NCBI GenBank assembly: GCA_036277115.1
Contig: DASUNM010000015.1
Coordinates: 108,451 to 172,450, forward strand
Source: Pyrinomonadaceae bacterium
Lineage (GTDB): Bacteria > Acidobacteriota > Blastocatellia > Pyrinomonadales > Pyrinomonadaceae
DNA: 64,000 nt
Reading direction: 5' to 3'
This document shows positions 10,801-18,203 of this stretch, piece after piece. The notes under the pieces were generated by a model. That model searched no databases. It was not told the DNA's origin and saw nothing but the letters and a program-made list of their open reading frames with translations. The translations under genes and the position numbers were made by a program. Every line of letters begins with the position of its first letter. Position 1 is the first letter of the stretch.

Positions 10801-11309
10801 GCAAGCGTCTTGTCCTTTTGCCAGGCAGTCCGATCTCGCGCCGGGAAAAAGATTACCGCGGGATAGTATGCGCCAACCACGGTTTCGTTGTGTTGGAGAA
10901 GCTTGAGAGACCTTGGCGCCTGTTCGCGAACACTGGGATAGGTGCCACTAAGAGCTTGCCAAAGATCGCGATCATAGTTTTGCTGAAGGTAGCTCTGTTT
11001 GAACTCCGCCAGGTGCGCAACTCCAAAGTAATGAAGGAGAAAAAGCGTGATCCACTCTTCGACCGCTGTTGAAACCTCGTCCGCAAAAGCTCCCGCTTCC
11101 GCGCCTGTTTTGACCGGCAGGTCGAGCACTTTCCGAAACGCGTATCCCGCCGCCCAAGCGGTTGGAAAAGTCTCGAAATATTGCGGGTCATAGTCGGGAC
11201 TTGTTAGATATTCAGTTCGCACAGCACGAAAGGACCGCTTTTCGGCAATCCCAGCGCCACCACCCAAGATTCCGGAATTCAGAAATTCCCTTCGATTACC
11301 GTTATTCAT
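7857..11309 (-). CDS. Giant actin/Hsp70-fold ATPase-like protein with an N-terminal region of about 540 aa of unknown function
   Basis: ORF 7857..11321 starts at TTG; the ATG at 11309 has GGAG 7 nt upstream. Phosphate-1 VDFGTSNT is encoded at nt 9657-9680. DESTAIAES precedes phosphate-2 VDVGGGTAD at nt 8979-9005. ILGGNGWG is the adenosine-type motif. Confidence 0.8.
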   Translation of the reverse strand: MNNGNRREFLNSGILGGGAGIAEKRSFRAVRTEYLTSPDYDPQYFETFPTAWAAGYAFRKVLDLPVKTGAEAGAFADEVSTAVEEWITLFLLHYFGVAHLAEFKQSYLQQNYDRDLWQALSGTYPSVREQAPRSLKLLQHNETVVGAYYPAVIFFPARDRTAWQKDKTLADYLLDDRLSWTRSRRILLTSDKENQDFHAHLRLIAEYAVSSRTLQDRLYDFCEANFKGRIDLTGSLETDPSSWEVPGLKHWESDELLQLYPLRKAKRSTEQDDEKNVGRIFYLLDGLPELQPWMKAATVPSGPAPYQYRKLNDKEIVVELPGRRFSCRISENDEIVLLKDLFLSDTPHWCKIPKTSDTQAAHIRSVHKMELRDPVVTEKDAAVCLAPIRSEFIRHFPEILTNLEKVSALPSLEGASVEWTIPVMPGREVKWQTRPSYAKGLAASSLAIWPPKVSSEWRLYAAYGFGTKEDSGRWHLVDQNGRLGKLVDVEEEEYVSVLSGSEVPNQPRALALTDNGERERGILFLADFGGDQTANRELDTKLSVDFGTSNTCLAYAFSDSQPEILRFTIAPRPVWGKRGDLSEALELPGFFPYKWNATTTKGFFPTILLSRRSDPNLTDALKSEDVSVAEIFKVDIPGLHRDLEQRLYQGDLNKTWKPHANLKWDLDGKTEPWRTLFLQLTLLYAHAEMFFSKRMLIDRYVFTFPLAFRKDDRDSYHNKVRQALKRVRNICYGTGLGKDVNYEEGVDESTAIAESIGSVGNKATMEVFVDVGGGTADIAVSHDRRFLVLDSIRVAGKTFFQFAKKNFGNDLLGASEFKKHLRRLLQGANDDAELKLLNPDPSFDLDITYSVWISSLNDQQFQERESAILRKGMGTQSYQRYRTRLFFQHILAYALLQACAAAVEQKLKPSSGINLILGGNGWGLMLFGEFKRLGGHLEKEAKRILNLLKEKLAAVVTEEEREYLEALKIYNLILLNEENLSKAKTNVALGALNAARTRASRDGASATPYAGFTLEGLELSGSPPATIRWCERWGTETFEQKFPGVEQVENGRFDAPADLEVPLSPVLSVFTSIGNVRAGEEDNMPGEAWTNINGRVDDFVSTLSGRIERLEVSPINHFLSEVFYSRRSNKDFLDTLAQVNGNYRVQSKES

Positions 11310-11347
11310 CGTGATCTCCAATATCCGTTCGACCGGTTAACCTAAAT

Positions 11348-13051
11348 CTACGCGGCGCCGACCGCTCGCATCCGTTTCTGAGTTCGGGAAAATAACCTTG
11401 ACCATACCAGCCTTAGATATTCTCCACGAGTAAACTCGGCGGTCTCCGGGCACCAGTCGCCGAATTCGAAAGTAGATACACGGATCGACGATCGGCCAAG
11501 CTCAAGTTCCCCTTTTGCTTCTCTGCTCGTTAATTTCTTGGCCGTCTTTGCTGTGATCTCCTTCAGACTGTGCGGATCGCTTGAGAGGAACGGCCGAAGT
11601 TTGGCCACATCTTCGCCGCTCCACCCCACGGTGTGATCCGGATTGGGATCGAGCGTCGTATCAAGGAACTTGGCGAGCAGATTGGCAGCGCCATTGAATC
11701 GCTTCCAATCTTCGAGCTTGCGATTTTCGTTATCGGCGTACACTTCGCGCAGGCGTTTAATCTCTTTGGGCCAGGTGCGCGCCGGCAGGTCCCACGGAAT
11801 TTGCTGGGTAACAAGATGGTGCATGACCGCAGCAGACAAGAACACCGCTTCCGGCTCGATCTCAGTCTCACCGGCCGTGTAACGAGGAAGATGACGCAGA
11901 CTCATTTTTTCCGAGTCGAGATCCGGCGTTGATGCGCCGATCACATACGACTCCGGATTCCCGGTACCCGCGCGGGAGAAAAAGTTTAGCGCCGCCAGCG
12001 CGCCAACTATTTCCGCCGAGTTGAGTGGATTTCTTTGACTCTTACCGCCATTGCTCCAAACCTTTAATTTGTCAGGCTCAGGCTTGCCGGCAAGATAAAG
12101 TTCGTCAAAGTATTCCGCGCTGTGATCGCGGTAATATGCGAGGGCTTGCCGAGCGCGCGCCTCCATCGCTTCGGGTTCGGCGTAAAAACCGAGAAGGATC
12201 TGCTCGACGAGCTTTCGCTTATCCTCGATTGGCAGTCCATTGAATGCCGGTTTGTCGCCATGTTCTTTCGCAAGATCGTCAATCTGCTGGGTCGTCGGGT
12301 AATCGTCCTTAAGCGCGCCAAACGGAGGCTGCGGCGGCACACAGTACGGTGTCAGCAGGCAGGCGCCAACGCGCCAATCCCACGTCTGATTTTCTTTCTT
12401 GAGCGTGCCGAGATATTTGCCCATGACAGGAACTCCGCACGCGCCTGTCCCGCCATGAAGACTTCCGCAAAGGAAGAAGTTCGTGCTGACGTTTTGAAAT
12501 GCCGTCAGACTGCACGCTTTGCCACCGGGTGAATTCTCGTCGCGCAGCGATTCAGCGAAAACCGCCATAACCGCGGCGCCAATAAATGGCTTCTGATAGA
12601 AGCCGCGGTCAATTTCGACGTCAAGGTCTTTCTTTTCATAAAACGGAGAGAGAAATGGGAGCGAACTCTTGGTGGCGCCATATCTTGAATCGAGAATGCC
12701 GCCCAGGTTCTTCACAATGTTGTCAGAGTTAGAAGCCTGGGGTAGCTGCAACGGATCCAAGTGGCGAACTCGCATATCAATGTCCATCGCCCATCTACTA
12801 CTGGCCATACCGCCGGTTTGCTGCCCATTCAGCAACTCTTGCAGCTCCTGATAATCCTTTAGGCAATTTCCGAGAGCGACAGCCGCACCGGAATTCAAAT
12901 CCGGATCCAATCTCCAAATCTGCAAGGAATGACCGGCGCTCGTGAGTACGTCCTTCTCACTGTGCGTCGGGAAACCGATTGCCAGCAGACGAACCAGCGC
13001 TTCGGCCACCTTGGTGCCACTGCCGCCAACTGCAATAAAAACGTTGCGCAT
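11348..13051 (-). CDS. Divergent tubulin/FtsZ-superfamily GTPase (Tubulin_2-like)
   Basis: 567-aa ORF. N-terminal strand plus T1-like loop VFIAVGGSGTK (nt 13010-13027). T4 tubulin-signature-like HGGTGACG (nt 12434-12457), comparable to FtsZ GGGTGTGAAP. Confidence 0.8.
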   Translation of the reverse strand: MRNVFIAVGGSGTKVAEALVRLLAIGFPTHSEKDVLTSAGHSLQIWRLDPDLNSGAAVALGNCLKDYQELQELLNGQQTGGMASSRWAMDIDMRVRHLDPLQLPQASNSDNIVKNLGGILDSRYGATKSSLPFLSPFYEKKDLDVEIDRGFYQKPFIGAAVMAVFAESLRDENSPGGKACSLTAFQNVSTNFFLCGSLHGGTGACGVPVMGKYLGTLKKENQTWDWRVGACLLTPYCVPPQPPFGALKDDYPTTQQIDDLAKEHGDKPAFNGLPIEDKRKLVEQILLGFYAEPEAMEARARQALAYYRDHSAEYFDELYLAGKPEPDKLKVWSNGGKSQRNPLNSAEIVGALAALNFFSRAGTGNPESYVIGASTPDLDSEKMSLRHLPRYTAGETEIEPEAVFLSAAVMHHLVTQQIPWDLPARTWPKEIKRLREVYADNENRKLEDWKRFNGAANLLAKFLDTTLDPNPDHTVGWSGEDVAKLRPFLSSDPHSLKEITAKTAKKLTSREAKGELELGRSSIRVSTFEFGDWCPETAEFTRGEYLRLVWSRLFSRTQKRMRAVGAA

Positions 13052-13067
13052 AATCGAGTTCCTTCCC

Positions 13068-13385
13068 CTAAATAATTTCGCGCCGCCAAGGGCTCACCAG
13101 ATGACCGGTAAACATGCACAGAATGTAGATAATCCACGCCATTACAATTCCTTTCATCAACCCCCCGACGCCCACGAAGTTGAAGAAGTTCCTGGTCATA
13201 TACCAAACAACCAGCAGTACGATCACGACCGGAATTAGCCCGACCACGATTAGCAGCATCGTCTGTCCTCGGCTCCACGCCTTCTGAACGATGTTGATGG
13301 CCATGTACTTCCTGAGCCATTTGAAGCCCAACATCACGAGCGCGCAGATCGCCGCGATCACCAGAGCTGCTATGACCCAGTTCAT
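13068..13385 (-). CDS. Small 3-TM membrane protein
   Basis: ORF 13068..13559. The ATG at 13385 avoids overlap with the vWA gene. Three hydrophobic helices are present. Its stop lies 17 nt before the tubulin-like start. Confidence 0.6.
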   Translation of the reverse strand: MNWVIAALVIAAICALVMLGFKWLRKYMAINIVQKAWSRGQTMLLIVVGLIPVVIVLLVVWYMTRNFFNFVGVGGLMKGIVMAWIIYILCMFTGHLVSPWRREII

Positions 13386-13489
13386 CGCAGTTTCTTCGCA
13401 TCCTTCCTCGTCACAAGCGTCCAGGAATAATTCGAGAAAGCCTGAGCCTTGAATTAGAATTGCCAACACGCGCGTATCTCCCTTCTCAC

Positions 13490-14995
13490 TTAATCCGACG
13501 GCCCAATCCGCAAGTAGGCCTTCGCGACCACTTGATCCTTTGCTGTCGAGTTGTTCCACAGCCCAAGAAGCGCTGTCTCAAGATTGAATGTCCGGTTAGC
13601 AGTTTCCGGCGTTGTATCGAGATCGGTAGACCAACTCTTGATCCATTCCGGCGTACCTTGGTTGAGATTGACGCGACCCTCTACGCTGTAGAACCGCCAG
13701 GAAGGTTCTCCTGTTCCCGGTGGATACGACGCGGTCGCCTCCAAAACGAGATTGCCACCTTCAAGATGCGCGCCGGTTATGTTGAGCTCGGGAAATCTCG
13801 CGCCCGATTTACTGTCACTTGGGGGGTGGATTGGCTTGAGTTCCCATTTGATCAACCGGACAAGTTCCTGTTCATTGCCCGCATCGAGAGCATGAGAAGA
13901 CCAGGGCACTTTTACTTGAATCGTAAACGGCTTCGGTCCGGACCGCTCGGTATCAACATCCACTTGCATCGTGAATCTCTGCGGCGGGCCGCCCTGGTTT
14001 TTCGCCTTGTGGAGCGCCCCTCGTGATTCTTTGGGAACGGAAATTTCGAACTGGGCCGCAGCGTCCGTGTATGGGAAAGATAAATTCAACTCTCGGATGC
14101 AATCTAAGCAGTTGTCTATCAATGGACGTAGACGCTCTTTGAGGGATCGCACCAGCGAATCAAGCGCAACCTGATCGGGCGAGAAGATGTAAAGGAAGAA
14201 GGGGCGGAAGGAGGATGGATTGTTGTTCCTGGTCTCGTACGGGATGGCGGCGCCGCTCACTTCTGAATACACCTTGCCGCGAAAATCTGCGCGAACGCCC
14301 AGCACGCATCCACCCCAACCCGCCTTCAGTAACTCCGCAATCTTTTGCCTGACGCAAAATTGATCGGAGCCGGCGTTACAGTTTTGGTTCGTATCTCCTT
14401 TTTTGGTGGATTGCACGCCGTCAGTAACCAGGATTTGGAACCGAGCTGGCGGCGGCGGCTCCGCGGAATCGGTGCCGTTGCTTCGAGTTGGAGTTGCCGC
14501 CTGCTTTGAACCAGTGCCGTTGGGCTGGTAGCCGACTTTGAATGCGCTGATGGCGCCCGACAGGTTTGTTTCACCGGCACGATAAACGGAAGGGTCTTGC
14601 GAGGCAGTAGTCAGATCCATATCGGGAAGCGGCGGCCCAATTGCGGAGCCTACTCGGCGGACGGAGACGCGCACGTCAGGACCCGCGAAAGTTCCAGTGG
14701 CAAAACGAAGCTCTCGCAATGTCTTGCCGAAAATTGTCTGGCCGTCGCGTGACACGTAGCCGGCCATGCTCCCGCTTTCATCCAGATAGACAATGAGTTC
14801 GTTAGTAGTCGCGATCGATGGCGACGGCGGAAGAGATGTCGCCGGCTTGTTCTTCACCTCAGGCGGCCATTCCGGCGCTGGAGTGCCACATCCTGTAAAC
14901 AAAACCAAACCGCTTAGAACCAGCACGTGCCACGAGACGCTCAAGAGTCGGGTTCGCGCATTGATAGCTTGGGTGTGTTTGTAGTGTCTAGTCAT
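13490..14995 (-). CDS. vWA-domain lipoprotein
   Basis: 501-aa ORF. Lipobox LFTGC. MIDAS motif DESGS at nt 14768-14782 (ELIVYLDESGSMAG), followed later by ILVTDGVQS. Confidence 0.8.
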   Translation of the reverse strand: MTRHYKHTQAINARTRLLSVSWHVLVLSGLVLFTGCGTPAPEWPPEVKNKPATSLPPSPSIATTNELIVYLDESGSMAGYVSRDGQTIFGKTLRELRFATGTFAGPDVRVSVRRVGSAIGPPLPDMDLTTASQDPSVYRAGETNLSGAISAFKVGYQPNGTGSKQAATPTRSNGTDSAEPPPPARFQILVTDGVQSTKKGDTNQNCNAGSDQFCVRQKIAELLKAGWGGCVLGVRADFRGKVYSEVSGAAIPYETRNNNPSSFRPFFLYIFSPDQVALDSLVRSLKERLRPLIDNCLDCIRELNLSFPYTDAAAQFEISVPKESRGALHKAKNQGGPPQRFTMQVDVDTERSGPKPFTIQVKVPWSSHALDAGNEQELVRLIKWELKPIHPPSDSKSGARFPELNITGAHLEGGNLVLEATASYPPGTGEPSWRFYSVEGRVNLNQGTPEWIKSWSTDLDTTPETANRTFNLETALLGLWNNSTAKDQVVAKAYLRIGPSD

Positions 14996-15029
14996 CGGCT
15001 ACCACTTCGGTCGTAATGCTCGGTACTCC

Positions 15030-15516
15030 CTACTGCGCAGTTGCGTGAGCGGCGAGGGGGGTTCGTCCGGCAAATGGCAGAGACATCGCGGCCGCCCGCT
15101 CCTCGTTGCTGAGGAATGGAGACGTGTGGACAGCAGCGTCCGCGTGGGACATCAACAGTTGTCCCTGCGCAGAAATGAGGACGCCCAGGAGAAAGAACAA
15201 GCCGCCGACAAGAACTCCAACCGCCACGCCGATCATGAGGCAAAAAGAAGAAGACGACTCCAGCCGCGGACTGACTGGCCGGACTCGGTCCGAAAGGTGC
15301 AGACGACTGGCTGCTTGAGCTGGCAGCAGCGCCAACGATGAACCAAAACATGAAAATGACTGCGCCCAGAATGACGCCAACGACTTTGACGGTCATGCCC
15401 AATCCGGTCATAACGCGCGCCGCTCGGTAAAGATCTAAATACCGGTGGACCAGAGCACTGCCTGGCCTTTCACTGTTTGTGTTGCCCGATGTCGTAGCGG
15501 CGTATGTGGAATCCAT
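15030..15516 (-). CDS. Small 2-TM membrane protein, apparently split by a 1-nt frameshift in a T5 run (pseudogene or assembly error)
   Basis: ORFs 14992..15516 and 15030..15380 overlap in different frames. The first has a plausible N-terminus and TM1. The second has a plausible TM2 and tail. Removing one T from TTCTTCTTTTTG (A5 at 15242-15246 on the plus strand) joins them into about 161 aa. Confidence 0.5.
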
Positions 15517-15592
15517 ATGTCCTCCGTAACGTTGGGTTTCAGTTAAGCTCGTCGCCCGCTTAGTCGAGTAACAAAAGATCGTCGATGCCGGA

Positions 15593-16663
15593 CTACGGAC
15601 TAGCGGGCGGAACGAGCACGGCTCGGGGCACCGTCATTTTTATCGACAACACTTCTTTCACTCGAGTAACACTCACGTTCTGCAGCGCTCGCAGCGCCTG
15701 CTCGTCGCGGTTGTTCGTTGCGGCCAGGGTTGAAAAGCGTTTCATCAAATTCAATGAACCGGTCACAACGGCTGCTGCCTGTTCGTCGCGCATCAAAACG
15801 CACATTTCCGCTGGGTACTCCTGATTTGTGCCGCGGCTCAGGTTCAGGCCAAAGCCTCGTGCGACGTTGATTTGCTTCAAAAGACTTCCGACGCCGCCCA
15901 GATCAAACAGCGACAGAGCGAGCGAGGTCGCTGTCAAAGCCGCATCCGCCATGTCCAGGCTGCCTTGCGGAATTACTAGAAAAGCTCGGACGGAGCTGTT
16001 CCGCGCTGTCATGCCTGCCGCAATTTGTTTGTAGGGAGATGAGGAAATAAATCTTTGTTGCGAGTCACCAAGCGCTCGGAAAACTGCGGCGGCGGCTTCA
16101 CGACTTCCGGCAAAGACGGTGCCCGTTTGCGGCAGGGCGACATAGTCCTTGCCGTTCGTATAGACAGGATGCCCGTCGACGCGCTGCTCTTGCCAGCCTC
16201 TCCCCTTTAGACTTGCTATCTCTTGTTTTCGATTGAACGAACCATGCACTAACAGCCCGGCCGTCGCCTGGGTGTTAATGCCACTAAAGACAACGGCGGT
16301 CTTGACTTCTTCGCTACTCAAAACGAGCTGCTGAAGGATCCCTTCAAACTGATCTCCTTTGAAAAGCTGTTTCAAGTCGTTGTCGTTTCGCACCGTCGCC
16401 CAATCGATAATCACAACAGCACAGCTATCAATCGGCACTAGATCAAGGACGCTCGATTGGCGGCGACTGCATGCGCACATCGACAACAGCAGCAGAGTGC
16501 TACACAACAAACCACATAGCTGCAACGCCGGTTTTCGCGCCTGCTTGAACACATGAGCAGCGATGCTTTCCTTGCACGACGGACCGCTTAGAGAATCCAA
16601 TCTCATGTGGTTGAATGCCTGCCTGAACCGCAATCCGCTCTTGCTTCGTCGGCTATAGTTCAT
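15593..16663 (-). CDS. Hypothetical lipoprotein / membrane-anchored protein
   Basis: 356-aa ORF. Hydrophobic LCGLLCSTLLLLSMCAC has a lipobox-like end. ATGA overlap with the upstream AraC-type gene. No motif recognised. Confidence 0.6.
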   Translation of the reverse strand: MNYSRRSKSGLRFRQAFNHMRLDSLSGPSCKESIAAHVFKQARKPALQLCGLLCSTLLLLSMCACSRRQSSVLDLVPIDSCAVVIIDWATVRNDNDLKQLFKGDQFEGILQQLVLSSEEVKTAVVFSGINTQATAGLLVHGSFNRKQEIASLKGRGWQEQRVDGHPVYTNGKDYVALPQTGTVFAGSREAAAAVFRALGDSQQRFISSSPYKQIAAGMTARNSSVRAFLVIPQGSLDMADAALTATSLALSLFDLGGVGSLLKQINVARGFGLNLSRGTNQEYPAEMCVLMRDEQAAAVVTGSLNLMKRFSTLAATNNRDEQALRALQNVSVTRVKEVLSIKMTVPRAVLVPPASP

Positions 16664-17124
16664 TTCGGGGACTCCTGCGTAACCAACAACTTGTTTTCAC
16701 TTGCGCGATTGCCGTCGCTGACGCGAGAGCATTCAAAATGGACCTTCCGATACTCCACCGGCGTCATGCCGTAGGCGGCCTTGAAGCTTTTAGTAAATTG
16801 GCTGGGATTCGGAATGCCTACAGCCGCACCAATCTGCTGAATCGAAAGAAAGCTGGTTTCCAATTGATCTTTCGCCTTTTGCAAACGCACCAGCGTCAGA
16901 TACCGCTGTGGAGACACTCCCGTCTCAGCCTTAAAAAGGTGAGCCAGGCGCCACGGAGAAAGATTTACCTCGGCACTCATGTCTCGTAATCCCAACTTGC
17001 GCTGGAATGAGCTTTCCAAGAACACGCGCACAATCTGCACTCTTCGGTCTCGTCCCTTCGCCGCCAAAACTTTGGCGCGATTCTGTTCAGAGTTCTCAAC
17101 ATTTTTGTCGCGCTTGTTCGACAT
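16660..17124 (-). CDS. Short AraC/XylS-family HTH regulator (DNA-binding domain only)
   Basis: 154 aa. NLSPWRLAHLFKAETGVSPQRYL and FLSIQQIGAAVGIPNPSQFTKSFKAAYGMTPVEYRK form the typical double HTH. Confidence 0.8.
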   Translation of the reverse strand: MSNKRDKNVENSEQNRAKVLAAKGRDRRVQIVRVFLESSFQRKLGLRDMSAEVNLSPWRLAHLFKAETGVSPQRYLTLVRLQKAKDQLETSFLSIQQIGAAVGIPNPSQFTKSFKAAYGMTPVEYRKVHFECSRVSDGNRASENKLLVTQESPK

Positions 17125-17494
17125 AATTCAACTTTCACCCGCCAGTTCGCGATTGTTGGGGTGGGAGTTCCCAACTGAACGCGAAACCCTCAAAGGTCGC
17201 GGGGTGAGAAACATTGAAATCTTCGCAGGGCAAAGCTGCCCCTCATGATTTCCTGTCGCTGTCGCAGTTTCCCGCGCAAGCCAAGCAACACGCGTGACGT
17301 TCAGTCGACGCGTCATTTAGTTTTTCAAGTTCAGCGGGATGATCCGAATTGCAAGTTGGGTCGGGGGATCACCAACGCAGACACAACTGAGAACTGAAGT
17401 GGACATTTAATGTTAAAGAAGAATGCATGCAACCACTTTTCGTTATAAGATCCTGCTAATAGTTTCGGTTTCTGCTATTACTTGGCTCATCTTG

Positions 17495-17986
17495 CTACCA
17501 GGATCGTTCAGCGTCGTGATAAGCGGCGTTCGACAGTTGTTTTCGGTATTGGCCAGGCGTGAATCCGACAACGCTCTTGAAGCACGCGACGAACCTGGTG
17601 ACACTAGAAAAGCCTACGGCCGCCGCGATCTCTTTCACCGACAGGAAACTTGTCTCCAACTGCCTCTTTGCTTTTGCCAGCCGAAGTCGCGTCAGGTATT
17701 GCTGCATCGAGAGATTCATTTCACTCTTAAACAGGTGAGCCAGACGACTGGGGGACAGGTTTACTGCCTGCGCAATCTCAGGGAGCGCAATTTGTTTGTT
17801 CCAATTGCTTTCGAGCAACATCACGACGGTTTGAACTCGTCGATCAGTGGGCTTACGAATCGCCGGATTAAAAAGCTTGTCCTGCGCAAACCCGTTGCTT
17901 TTGAGACCAACGGTGGGCCGGGTGATCTTGCTAACCGGCTGCTTAGTAAGTGACTCGGAATACATGATCGAGTGAAAACTTCGCAC
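17495..17986 (-). CDS. Short AraC/XylS-family HTH regulator, paralog of 16660..17124
   Basis: 163 aa. NLSPSRLAHLFKSEMNLSMQQYL and FLSVKEIAAAVGFSSVTRFVACFKSVVGFTPGQYRK. Confidence 0.8.
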   Translation of the reverse strand: MRSFHSIMYSESLTKQPVSKITRPTVGLKSNGFAQDKLFNPAIRKPTDRRVQTVVMLLESNWNKQIALPEIAQAVNLSPSRLAHLFKSEMNLSMQQYLTRLRLAKAKRQLETSFLSVKEIAAAVGFSSVTRFVACFKSVVGFTPGQYRKQLSNAAYHDAERSW

Positions 17987-18203
17987 TAGCCATGGTGCCT
18001 GCGTAGCTAAGCCGGATTCTCTCCGAGCAATTAGCCCGGGCGGGCCAGCGGCTAGTCATGGAATTTCAGTGATAATGGAAAACGTTGAAAAACGTTACTG
18101 GAGGAGTTCAGAAAAGGCGTGGAGAAGCCATTAGCAGCGCGTCAGACACACAGGCAGGACAGAATGAGAGGTGGTGTACGTCTCTCCCCAAAGTTTGCTG
18201 TCC

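Noticed and set aside
14992-14995. ATGA overlap between the stop of the long 14992..15516 frame and the vWA start, which might argue that the long frame is the real gene.
   Set aside because: The C-terminal 80 aa of that frame are Arg/Cys/Pro-rich and non-protein-like. The alternative frame encodes a clean TM helix, so the overlap is judged coincidental.
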